From: the human T2T-CHM13v2.0 reference genome, Homo sapiens
Assembly (NCBI GenBank): GCA_009914755.4
Contig: CP068257.2
Coordinates: 8,416,001 to 8,480,000, forward strand
Length of the DNA: 64,000 bases
Reading direction: 5' to 3'
Position numbers and translations under genes: made by a program. The notes under the pieces are model-generated. The model saw nothing but the letters and a program-made list of their open reading frames with translations. It did not search any database and was not told the DNA's origin. Every line of letters begins with the position of its first letter. Position 1 is the stretch's first letter. Positions 1 to 13,200 of the stretch are shown here, piece by piece.

Positions 1-1270
1 GAGTGGTTCATAGTGGAGTGGAATGGAATGGAATGGATCTGAATGGAATGGAGTGGAATGGAATGGATTGGAATGGAATGGAATGGAATGGAATGGAGTG
101 TAGTGGAGTGGTGTGGAGTAGAGTGGAATGGAATGGAATGGAGTGTAGTGGAGTGGAATGGAATGGAGTGGAGTGGAGTGGAGTGATGTGGACTGCAATG
201 GAATGAAGGGGATTGGAATGTAATGGAACGAAACGGAATGGAATGGAATGGAATGGAAAGGAAAGAAACAGAACGGAACTGAGTGGAGTGGACAGGAATG
301 AAGTGGAGTTAAGTGGAGTGGTTCAGAGTGGAGTGGAATGGAATGGAATGGAATGTAAAGGAACGGAATGGAAAGAAGCAGAACAGAACTAAGTGGAGTG
401 GAGTGGAATGCAGTGGAGTTGAGTGGAGTGGTTCAGAGTGGAGTGGGATGGAACGGAATGGAATGGATTGCAATGGAATGGAGTGGAGTGGAATGGAATG
501 GAGTGGAGTGGTGTGGGGTAGAGTGGAAAGGGATGGAATGGAATGGAATGGAGTGTAGTGGAGTAGAATGGATTGGAGTGGAGTGGAGTGTAATGGTTTG
601 GAGTGGAATGGAATGAAGTGGAGTGGAGTGGAGTGGAGTGTAATGGAGTGGAATGGATTGGAATGGAATGGAAAGGAATGGAGTGGACTGGAATGTAACG
701 GAGTGGAATGGAATTGAATGGAGTGTACTGGAGTGGAGTCGAGTGGACTGTAATGGAATGGAAATGAGAGAAATGTAGTGGAGTGGTATGGATTGTAGTG
801 GAATAGAAAGGAGTGGAATGGAATGGAACGGAAAGGAACAGATTGGAGTGGAGTGGATTGGAGTGGAGTTGAGTGGAGTGGATCGGAGTGGTGTGGAATT
901 TAATGGAATGGAATGGAAAGGAATGGAATGGCGTGGAGTGGAATGGAATGGAGTGGAGTGGAATGGAATGGAATGGAGTGGAAGGGAATGGAGTGGAGTG
1001 GAATGGAATGGAATGGAAAGAAATGGCATGGAACAGAACGGAATGGAATGGAAAGGAATGGAATGGAGAGGAGTGGAGAGGTGTGGATTGGAGTTGAGTG
1101 GAGTGGATAAAAGTGCACTGGAATGGAATGGAATAGAATGGAATTGAATGGAATGGAATGGAAAGGAGTCAAGTAGAATGGAGTGGAGTGGCATGGAGTG
1201 GAGGGAAGTAGAGTGTAGTGGAGTGTAGTGGAATGGAATGTAATTGAGTGGAGTGTAATGGAATGGAATG

Positions 1271-4200
1271 GTGAAATGAAATGTGTGCTAAGATTGTGCC
1301 ACTGCAATCCAGTCTGGGTGACAGAGTGAGATCCAGTCGAAATGATGGAATGGAAGGGAGTAGAAAGGAAAGGAATGGAATGGAGTAGAGTGGAATGGAA
1401 TGGAGTGGAATGGAATGGAGCTTAGTGGAATGGAGTAGACTGGAATGGAGTGGAGTGGAATGGAGTGGAGTGGAGTGGAATAAAATGAAAAGGAATAGAT
1501 TGGAATGCAAGGAATGGAGTGGAGTGGAGTGGAGTTAGTGAAACGGAGTGGAGTGGAATGGAGTGGAGTGGAGTGGAATGGAGTGGAGTGAAATGGAATG
1601 GAGTGGAGCAGAGGGGAATGGAGTGGAATGGAATGGAATGGAATGGAATGGAGAGGAATGGAGAAGAATGGAGTGGAATGTAATGGAGTGGAGTGGAGTG
1701 GATTGGAGTGGAGTGGAGTATATAGGAGTGGAATGGAGTGAAATGGAGTGGAGTGGACTGGAGTGGAGTGGAATGCAATTGAGTGGAATTGAAAGGAACG
1801 GAACAGCTGCAACAGAACAGAATGAAATGGAGTGAGTGGAGTGGAGTGGAGTTGAGTGTAGTTGATCGGAGTGCAGTTGCATGGAATGGAATGGAATGGA
1901 TTGAAATTGAGTGGAGTAGAGTAGAGTTTAGTGGACTGTAGTGGAATGGAGTGGAGTGGAGAGGACTGCAGTGGAGTTGAGTGGAATGGGGTGGAATTGA
2001 GTGGAGCGGAATGGAGTCGAGAGGAATGGAATGGAATGGAATGGAATGGAATGGAATGGAATGGAATGGAACAGAATGGAATGGAACAGAACGGAATGGA
2101 GTAGAGTGAAATGGAGTGGAGTTGAGTGTAGTGTAGTGGCCTGGAGTGGAATGGAATGGAATAGAATGAAATGGAATGGAATGGTGAAATGAAATGTGAA
2201 CTGATTGTGCCACTGCACTCCAGTATGTGTGACAGAGTGAGATCCAGTCAAAATAAAGGAATGGAAGGAAATGGAGTAGAATGGAATGGAATGGAGTGGA
2301 GTGGAATGGAATGGAGTGGAATGAAATGGAATGGAGTGGAATGGAATGGAGTGGAGTGGAATAGAATGGAATGGATTGGAATGGAATGAAATGGAATGGA
2401 GTGGAATGGAAGGAATGGAGTGGAATGGAGTGGAGTGGAGTGGAATGGAGTGGAGTGCACTGAGTGGAATGGATTGGACTGGAATGGAATGGAGTGGAAT
2501 GGAGTGGAATGGAATGTAATGGATTGGATTGGAATGAAATGGAATGGACTGGAATGCAATGGAATGGAGTGGAGTGGAGTGGGATGGAGTGGAATGGAGT
2601 GAAATGGAGTGGAGTGGAGTGGAATGAAATGGAATGGAATGGAATGGAACGGAATGGTGAAATGAAATGTGAGCTGAGATTGTGCGACTGCACTCCAGCC
2701 TGGGTGACAGAGTGAGATCCTGTGGAAAGATAGGAAAGTAATGTTATGGAGTATACTGGAATTGAATGGAATGGAATGTAGTGGAGTGGAGTGGAGTGCA
2801 GTGGAATGGAGTGGAATGCAATGTGATTCAATGGAAAGGATCGGAGGGGAGTAGAGTGCAGTGGAATGGAGTGGAATGGAATGGGATGGAATGGAGAGGA
2901 GAGAAGAAAAGTGTAGTGGAGTGGAATGGAATGGAGTGGAGTGGAGTTGAGTGGACTGGAGTGGAATGGAGTGGAATGGAATGGAAAGGTGAAATGAAAT
3001 GTGAGCTCAGATTGTGCCACTGTGCTCCAGTCTGTGTGAGACAGTGAGACCCTGTCGAAAGAAAAGGATGGAATGGAATGGTGTGGAATGGAAAGGAACG
3101 GAATTGAATGGAGTGGAGTGGAGTGCAATGGAGTGGAATGGAATGGGATGGAAAGGAATGTAATGGTTTTGAGTGGAGTGGAGTGGAGTGATGTGGAATG
3201 GAGTGGAATGTAATGGGACGAATTGGAATGGAGAGGACTGGAGTGGATTGGAATGGAATTGAATGGAATGGAATGGAATGGAATGGAGTGGAGTGGAAAG
3301 GAGTTGAGTCCACTGGAATGCAATGTAATGGAACGGAATGGAATGGAATGGTGAAATTAGATGTGAGATGTGATTGTGCCACTGCACTCCAAACTGTGTG
3401 ACAGAGTGAGATGCTGTCAAAAGAAAGGAATGGAATGGAATGGAACAGAATGTAGAGGAGTGGAGTGCAGTGGAATGGAGTGGAATGCAATGTGATTCAA
3501 TGGAAAGGATCGGAGGGGAGTAGAGTGCAGTGGAATGGAGTGGAATGGAATGGGATGTAATGGAGAGGAGAGGAGAAAAGTGTAGTGGAGTGGAATGGAA
3601 TGGAGTGGAGTGGAGTTGAGTGGACTGGAGTGGAATGGAGTGGAGTGGAATGGAAAGGTGAAATGAAATGTGAGCTCAGATTGTGCCACTGTGCTCCAGT
3701 CTGTGTGAGACAGTGAGACCCTGTCGAAAGAAAGGGATGGAATGGAATGGAGTGGAATGGAAAGGAACGGAATTGAATGGAGAGGAGTGGGGTGGAGTGG
3801 AGTGGAATGGAGTGGAATGGAATGGGATGGAAAGGAATGTAATGGTTTGGAGTGGAGTGGAGTTGAGTGATGTGGAATGGAGTGGAAAGGAATGGGATGG
3901 ATTGGAATGAGATGGGATGGAATTCAATGGAATGTAGCAGAGTGGAGTGGACGGGAATGGAATGGAATGGACTGGAATGTAATGGAATGGAATGGCGTGG
4001 AGTGGAGTGGAATGGAATGGTTTCGAGTGGAATTGAATTGAGCGGAGGGTAGTGGAATGAAGTGGAGTGGAATTGAGTGGAATTGAAAGGATGGAATGGA
4101 ATAGAGTGGAGTGGTTTGGAGTGGAATGGAGAGGAAGGGAGTTGAATGGAATGGGATGGAATGGAATGGAGTGGAGGGGAGTGGAATGGAATGGAATGGA

Positions 4201-7200
4201 GTGGAATGGAAAGGAATGGAAAGGAATGGAACGGAATTGAATGGTGATGTGAAATGTGAACTGAAATTGTGTTACTGCACTCCAGCCTGGTTGACAGAGT
4301 GAGATCCTGTCAAAAGAAAGAAATAGAATGGAATGGATTGGAATGGAATGGAATGGAATGGAATGGAATGGAATGGAATGGAATGGAATGGAATTGAATG
4401 GAATGGAGTGGAGTGGAGTGGAATGGAGTGGAATGGAATGGGATGGAATGACATGGAGTGGAGTGGCGTGGAGTGGAATGGAGTGGAGAGGAGTGGAATG
4501 GAATGGAATGGAATGGAGTGGAATGGATATAGTGGAATGGAATGAAATGGAACGGATTGGAATGCAGTGGAATGGAATGGTGAAACCAAATGTGAGCTGT
4601 GATTGTGCCACTGAACTCCAACCTGGGAGAGAGAGTGAGATCCTGTCGAAAGAAAGGAAAGGAACCGAATGAATGCAATGGAATTGAATGGAGTGGAATG
4701 GAGTGGAATGGAGTGGAGTGGAGTGGCGTGGAGTGCAGGGGACTGGAGTGGAGAGGAGTGGAGTGGCGTGGAATGGAGGGGACTGGAGTGGAGAGGAATG
4801 GAGTGGAGGGGAATGGAGTGGTATGGAATGGATGGAGTGGAATGGAATAGAGTGGAGAGGAGTGGAGTGGAGTGGAATGGAGTGGAATCAAATGGGATAG
4901 AATGGAGTGAATTGGAGTGGAGTGGAGTGGAATAGAATGGAATGGAATGGAAAGGAATGGAATTCAATGGAATGGAATATAAAGGAATGGAGTGGAATGG
5001 AATGGTGAAATGAAATATGAACTGAAATTGTGTCACTGTACTCCAGCCTGGGTGACAGAGTGAGATCCTCTCAAAACAAAGAAATGGAATTGATTGCAGT
5101 ATAATGGAATGTAATGGAATGGAGTAAAGTGAAATGGAGTGGAGTTGAGTGGAATGGAGTCTAATGGAACCGGATGGAATGGAGTGGAGTGGTGTGGAGT
5201 GCAATGGAATGGAATTGAATGGAAAGGAGTGGAATGGATATGATGGAGTGGAGTAGAGTGGAAAGGAATGGAATGGAATGGAATGGAATGGAATGGAATG
5301 GAATGGAATGGAATGCAGTGGAAAGGAATGGTGAAATGAAATGTGAGCTGAGATTGTGCCACTGCACTCCAGGCTGGGAGACAGGATGAGATCCTGTAGA
5401 AAAAAAGGAATGGAATGGAATGCAGTGTCACAGAATAGAATGGAATATAGTGGAGTGGAATGGAGTGGAATGGAATGCGATGGACTGGAATGGAGTGTAG
5501 TGGTGTGGAGTGGACAGAAGTGGTAGGGAGTTGAATGGAATGGAGTGGAGTGGTGTGGAGTGGACTGGAGTGGAAGGGAGTTGAATTTAATGGGATGGAA
5601 TGGAATGGAGTGGAGGGGAGTGGAGTGGAATAAAATGGAATGGAATGGAATGGAATGGAATGGAATGGAATGGAATGGAATGGAATGGAATGGAACGGTG
5701 AAATGAAATGTGAACTAAAATTCTGTTACTGCACTCCAGCCTGGGTGACAGAGTGAGATCCTGTCAAAGGAAAGGAATGGAATGGAGTACAATGGAATGG
5801 AATGGAATGGAATAGAGTGGAGTGGAGTGGAATGGATTGGAATGTAATGTAATGGAATGACATGGAGTGGAGTGGAGTGGCATGGTTTGGAATGGAGTGG
5901 AATGGAGTGCAATGGAATGGAGTGGAGTGGAGTGGAATGGAATGGAATGGAATAGAATGGAGTGGAATGTAATGGAGTGGAGTGTAGTGGATTGGGGTGG
6001 AGTGGATAAGAGTGGAATGGAGTGGAATGGAGTGAAATGGAGTGGAGTTGACTGTAGTGGAGTGGAATGGAATGGAGTGGAATGGAAAGGAACGGAAAGA
6101 ACTGGAACGGAACGGAATGAAACGGAGTGAGTGGAGTGGAATGGAGTTGAGTGGAGATGATCGGAGTGTAGTTGCATGGAATGGAATGGAATGGAATGGA
6201 GTGGAGTGGAGTAGAGTGGAGTTTAGTTGATTGTAGTGGAATGGAGTGGAGTGAAGTGGAGAAGACTGCAGTGGAGTTGAGTGGCATGGAATGAAATTGA
6301 GTGGAATGGAGTGGAGAGGAATGGAATGGAATGGATCGGAATGCAATGGAATGGAATGGAACAGAACGGAATGGAGTAGAGTGGAGTGGAGTGGAGTGGA
6401 ATGGAATGACATGGAATGGAATGGAATGCAATGGAATGGAAAGGGGAAATGAAATGTGAGCTAAGATTGTGCCACTGCACTCCTGTCTGGGTGACAGAGG
6501 AAGATCCAGTCGAAATAATGGAATGGAAAGGAACGAAGTAGAATGGAATGGAATGGAGTGGACTGGAATGGAATGTAGTGGATTGGAGTAGAGTGGAGTG
6601 GAATGGAGTGGAGTGGAATGGAGTGGAGAGGAGTGGAGTGGAATGCAGTGGAGTGGAATGGAAAGGAATGGAGTGGAAATGAATGAAATGGAGTGGAATG
6701 GATTGGAGTGGAGTGGAATGGACTGCAGTGGAATGAAGTGTTGTGGAATGGAGTGGAATGGAGTGGAATGGACGGGAATGGAATTGAATGGAATGGAATG
6801 AAGTGCATTGGAATGTAATGGAGTGGAGTGTAGTGGGTTGGAGTGGATTGGAGTGGAATGGAGTGCAGTAGAGTGAAATGGAGTGCAGTGGAAAGGAGGG
6901 TAGTGGAAAGGATTGGAGTGGAATGGAACAGAATAGAACAAAATGGAACGGAATGGAATAGAGCGGAGTGGAGTGGAGTTGAGTGGAGTGGATCAGAATG
7001 CATTGGAATGGAATGGAATGAAATGGATGGAGTGGAGTGTAGAGTCGTGTAGTGGAGAGGAGTGGAGTGGAATGGAGTGGAGTGAAGTGGAGTGGAATGC
7101 AATGGAATGGAATAGAATGAAATGGAAAGGAATGGTGAAATTAAATGTGAGCTAAGATTGTGCCACTGCACTCCAGTATGTGTGACAGAGTGAGATCCAG

Positions 7201-10200
7201 TCGAAATAAAGGAATGGAACGAAATGGAGTATAATGGAATGGAATGGAGTGGAGTGGAATGGAATGGAGTGGAATCAAATGGAGTGGAGTGGAATGGAGT
7301 GGAGTGGAATGGAGTGGAGTGGAATAGAGTGGAATGGAGTGGAATGGAGTGAAATGGAATGCAGTGGACTGGAAGGAATGGAGTGGAATGGAGTGGAGTG
7401 GAGTCGAATGGAGTGGAGTGCTCTGAGTGTAATGGAGTGGAGTGGAATGGAATGGAGTGGAATGGAATGGAATGGTATGGACTGGAATGAAATGGAATGG
7501 AGTGGAATACAATCGAGTGGAGTGGAGTGGATTGGAGTGGAATGGAGTGGAGTGGAATGGAGTCGAATGGAGTGAAATGGAGTGGAGTGGAGTGGAGTGG
7601 AATGAAATGGAGTAGGAATGGAATGGAATGGAATGGAATGGAACGGAATGGTGAAATGAAATGTGAGCTGAGATTGTGCCACTACACTCCAGCCTGGGTG
7701 ACAGAGTGAGATCCTGTTGAAAGAAAGGAAAGTAATGTTATGGAGTGTACTGGAATTGAATGGAATGGAATGTAGTGGAGTGGAGTGGAGCGGAAAGGAG
7801 TGGAATGCAATGTGATGCAATGGAAAGGATCGGAGTGGAGTGGAGTGCAGTGGTATTGAGTGGAATGGAATGGGATGGAATGGAGAGGAGAGGAGAAAAG
7901 TGGAGTGGAGTGGAATGGAATGGAGTGGAGTGGAGTTTAGTGGATTGGAGTGGAATGGAATGGAAAGGTGAAATGAAATGTGAGCTCAGATTGTGCCACT
8001 GTACTCCAGCCTGTGTGAGACAGTGAGACCCTGTCGAAAGAAAGGGATGGAATGGAATGGAGTGGAATGGAAAGGAACGGAATTGAATGGAGAGGAGTGG
8101 GGTGGAGTGGAGTGGAATGGAGTGGAATAGAATGGGATGGAAAGGAATGTAATGGTTTGGAGTGGAGTGGAGTTGAGTGATGTGGAATGGAGTGGAAAGG
8201 AATGGGATGGATTGGAATGGAGAGGACTGGAGTGGAGTGGAATGGAATGGAATGGAATGGAATGGAGTGGAGTGGAATAGAGTGGAGTGCACTGGAGTGC
8301 AATGGAATGGAATGGTGAAATTAAATGTGAGCTGTGATTGTGCCACTGCACTCCAGCCTTGGTGACACAGTGAGATGCTGTCAAAAGAAAGGAATGGAAT
8401 GGAATGCAGACGAGTAGAGTGGAGTGCAGTAGAATGGAGAGGAATGGAATGGATTGGAATGGGATGGGATGGAATTGAATGGAATGTAGTGGAGTGGAGT
8501 GGACTGGAATTGAAAGGAATGAACTCGAATGTAATGGAATGGAGTGGAGTGGAGAGGAGTAGAGTGGAGTGGAATGGAATGGTTTCCAGTGGAATTGAAT
8601 GGCGTGGAGGGTAGTGGAGTGAAGTATAGTGGAATGGAATGGAATTGAATGGGATTGAATGGAATGGAGTTGAGTGGTGTGGAGTGTACTGGAGTGTAAG
8701 GGAGTTGAATGGAATGGATTAGAGTGGTGTGGAGTGGAATGGAGAGGAAGAGAGTTGAATGGAATGGGATGGAATGGAATGGAGTGGAGTGGAGTGGAAT
8801 GGAATGGAATGGAATGGAATGGAAATGAATGGAATGGAATGGAATGGAATGGAATGGAATGGAATGGAAATGAATGGAATGGAATGGAATGGTGAAATGA
8901 AATGTGAACTGAAATTGCGTTACTGCACTCCAGTCTGGGTGACAGAGTGAGATCCTGTCAAAAGAAAGGAATAAAATGGAATGGATTAGAATGGAACGGA
9001 ATGGAATGGAATGGAATGGAACGGAATGGAATGGAACGGAATGGAATGGAATGGAGTGGAGTGGAGTGGAGTGGAATGGAGTGGAATGTAATGGGATGGA
9101 ATGACATGGAGTGGAGTGGCATAGAGTGGAATGGAGTGGAGTGGAGTGTAATGGAATGGAATGTAATGGAGTGGGATGTATATAGGGGAGTGGAGTGGAA
9201 TGGAATGGAATGAAATGGAATGGATTGGAATGCAGTAGAGTGAAATGGTGAAACGAAATATGAGCTGAGATTGTGCCACTGCACTCCATCCTGGGAGAGA
9301 GAGTGAGATCCTGTCAAAAGAAAGGAATGGAACGGAATGGAGTGCAATGGAACGGAATGGAGTGGAATGGAGTGGAGTGGAGTGGACTGGAGTGGAGAGG
9401 AGTGGAGTGGAGGGGAATGGAATGGTATGCAATGGATGGAATAGAATGGAATGGAGTGGAGAGGAGTGGAGTGGAGTGGAATGGAGTGGAATGGAATGGG
9501 ATCGAATAGAGTGAATTGGAGTGGAGTGGAATGGAGTGGAATAGAATGGAATGGAATGGAATTTAATGGAATGGAATGGAAAGGAATGGAATGGATTGGA
9601 ATTGTGAAATGAAATGTGAACTGAAACTTTGTCACTGCACTCCAGCCTGGGTGACAGAGTGAGATCCTCTCAAAACAAAGAAATGGAATTGAATGGAGTA
9701 TAACGGAATGTAATGGAATGGAGTAGAGTGAAATGGAGTGGAGTTGAGTGGAATGGAGTCTAATGGAACCGGATGGAATGGAGTGGAGTGGTGTGGAGTG
9801 CAGTGGAATGGAATTGAATGGAATGGAGTGGAATGGAATGGAATGGAATACAGTGGAAGGGATTGGTGAAATGAAATGTGAGCTGAGATTGTGCCACTGT
9901 ACTCCAGCCTGGGAGACAGTGTGAGATCCTGTAGAAAGAAAGGAATGGAACGGAATGGAGTGTAATGGAATGGAATGGAATGGAATGTAGTGGAACGGAA
10001 TGGAATGGAGTGTAGTGGAATGGAATGGAATGGAGTGTAATGGAATGGAATGGAATGTAGTGGAATGGAATGGAGTGGAATGGAATGGGATGGAATGGAA
10101 TGGAGTGCAGTGGTTTGGAGTGGACTGAAGTGGAAGGGAGTTGAATGGAATGGAGTGGAGTGGTGTGGAATGGACTGGAGTGGAAGGGAGCTGAATGGAG

Positions 10201-13200
10201 TGGGATGGATTGGAATGGAGTGGAGTGGAGTGAAGTGGGGTGGAATAGAATGGAATGGAATGGAATGGAATGGAATGGTGAAATGAAATGTGAACTGAAA
10301 TTGTGTTGCTGCACTCCAGCCTGGGTGACAGAGTGAGATCCAGTCAAAAGAAAGGAATGGAATGGAATGGAGTAGAATGGAATGGAATGGAGTGGAGTGG
10401 AGTGGAGTGGAATGGAGTGGAATGTAATGGGATGGAATGACATGGAGTGGAGTGGCGTGGATTGGAGTGGAGTGGAGTGGAGTGGAATGGAATAGAGTGG
10501 AATGGATATAGTGGTGTGGAGTGGAATGGAATGCAGTGGAATGGAATGGAATGGAATGGAATGCAGAAGAGTGGAGTGGAGTGGAATGGAATGTAATGGA
10601 ATGGAAAGGAATGCAATGTAATGGAATGCAATGGAATGGTGAAATGAAATGTGAACTGAGATTGTGCCACTGTACTCCATCTTGGGTGACAGAGTGAGAT
10701 CCTGTCGAAAGAAAGGAATGGAATGGAAAGGAGTGTAGTGGAATGGAATGGAGTGGAGTTAAGTGGAGTGGATTGGCATGAATAGAATGGGATGGAGTGG
10801 AATGGAATGGAGTGGATAGGAGTGGAGTGGAGTTGAGTGGAGTGGATTGGGGTGGATTGGAGTGGAATGGAATGGGATGGAATGGAAAGGAGTGGATTGG
10901 AGTGGCGTGGAATGGAGTGGAATGGAATGGGATAGAATGGAATGGAGTGCAGTGGAGTGAAGTGGAGTGGAGTGGAGTGGAATGGAATGGAATTTAAAAG
11001 AATGGAATGGAATGAAAAGGAATGGAATGCTATGGTGAAATGAAATGTGAGCTGAGACTGTCCCACTGTACTCCATCCTGGGTGATAGAGTGAGATCCTG
11101 TCTTAAGAAAGGAAAGGAATGGAATGGATTGGAAAATAATGGAAAGGAATGGAATGTAGTGGAGTGGGTGGAGTGGAGTGGAGTGGACTGGAGTGGAGTA
11201 AAGTGGAGTGGAGGGGAATGGAGTGGAATAGAATGGGATGGACTGGAATGGAATGAAGTGGAGTGGAGTGGAGTGGAGTCGACTGGAGTGCAGAGAAGTG
11301 GAATGGAGTGGAATGGAAAGCAATGGAATGGACTCGAGTGTAGTGTAGTGGAGTGGAGTGGAATGGAGTGGAGTGGAATGCAATGGAATAGAATGGAATA
11401 GAATGCGATGGAATGCAATAGAATAAAATGGTGAAATGAAATGTGAGCTGAGATTGTGCCATGGCACTCCAGCCGGGGTGTGAGAGTGAGATCCTGTCAA
11501 AAGAAAGGAAAGGAGTGGAAAGGAGTGGAATGGAATAGAATGGAGTGGAGTGGAGTGCAGTAGAGTGGAGTGGAATGGAATGGGATGGAGTGGAATGGAG
11601 TGGAGTGGAGTGAACAAGAGTGGACTGGATTGGATTAAAGTGCAGTGAAGTGGAGGGGAGTGGAGTGGAGGGGAATAGAGTGGAATAGAATGGGATGGAT
11701 TGGAATGGAATGGAGTGGAGGTTAGTGGAGTGGAGTTGAGTGGAGTGCACTGGAGTGGAATGGAGTGGAATGGAATGGAATGGAATGGAGCCGAGTGGAG
11801 TGGAGTGTATTGGAGTGGAATGGAGTGGAGTGGAATTGAATAGAATGGAGCGGAGTTAAATGGAGTGGAGTGGAGTGGAGTGGAATGGAATGGAATGGAA
11901 TGGAATTGAACGGAATGGAAAGGAAAGGAATGCAATGGAATGGAATGGAGTGGAATGCAATGGAATGAAATGGAATAGAATGGTGAAATGAAATGTGAGC
12001 TGAGATTGTGCCACAGCACTCCAACCTGGGTGTGACAGTGAGATCCTGTCGAAGGAAAGGAATGGAATGGAAGGGAATGGAATGGAATGGAGTGGAGTGG
12101 AGTTGATGGGAGTGGAATAGAGTGGAATTGAATGGGATGGAGTGGAATGGAGTGGAGTGAAGTGGAGTGGAATGGAGTGGAATTGAATGGGATGGAATGA
12201 AATGGAGTGGAGTGGAGTGGAATGGAATAGGATGGAACAGAATGGAGTGCATTGCAGTGGAGTGGAGAGGAGTGGAATGGAATGGAACAGAGTGGAGTGG
12301 ACTGGAGTGGAGTAGAATGGAATGGAATAGAATGGAATGGACTCGTGAAATGAAATATGAGCTGAAATTGTGCCACTGCACTCCAGCCTGGGTAACAGAG
12401 TGAGATTCTCTCAAAGAAAGGAATGGAATCAAATGGAGTGGATTGGAATGGAGTGGAATGGAGTGTAGTGGAGTGGAGTGGAGTTGAGTGGAGTGCACTG
12501 GAGTGGAGTGGAGTGCACTGGAGTGGAATGGAGTGGAATGGAATGGTGAAATGAAATTTGAGATGAGATTGTGCTACTGCACTCCAGCTTGTGTCACAGA
12601 GTGAGATCCTGTCAAAAGAAGGGAATGGATTGCAGTGAAGTGGAATTGAAAGAAATGGAATGGAATGGAATAGAATGGGATGGGATGGAATGGAATGGGA
12701 TGGGATGGAATGGAATGGAATGGAATGGTATGGAATGGAATGGAGTGGAGTGGACTGGAGTGGTGTGGTATGGAATGGAATCTAATGGGACAGAATGTAA
12801 TGGAATGGAGTGGAGTGGAGTGCAGTGGAGTGGAATGGAGTGGAATGGAATGGGATGGAGAGTATTGATGCGGAGTGGACAGGAGTGGAGTGGAGTGGAC
12901 TGGAGTGGAAGGGAGTGGAGTGGAGTGGAGCAGAATGGAACAGAATGGAACGAAATGGAATGGAATGGTGAAATAAAATGTGAGCTGAGATTGTGCCACT
13001 GCACTCCAGCCAGGGTGACAGAGTAAGATCCTTTCAAAAGATAGGAAAGTAATGTAATGGATTGTATTGGAATTGAATGGAATGGAATGCAGTGGAGTGG
13101 ACTGGAGTGGAGTGGAATGGAGTGGAATGTAAAGTGATGCTATAGAAAGGATCGGAATGGAGTGGAGTCGAATGGAATGGAATGGAATAAGATGGAATGG

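Noticed and set aside
1422-3323. 633 aa minus-strand ORF, and many similar 100-500 aa ORFs across 1-16145 (e.g. 12574-14064 at 496 aa, 11030-12376 at 448 aa).
   Set aside because: They translate ATTCC/GGAAT pentamer repeats (HSIPF / MEWNG periodic peptides) with no stops in that frame. There is no start context or domain content, and mirror ORFs exist on both strands. They are satellite artefacts.
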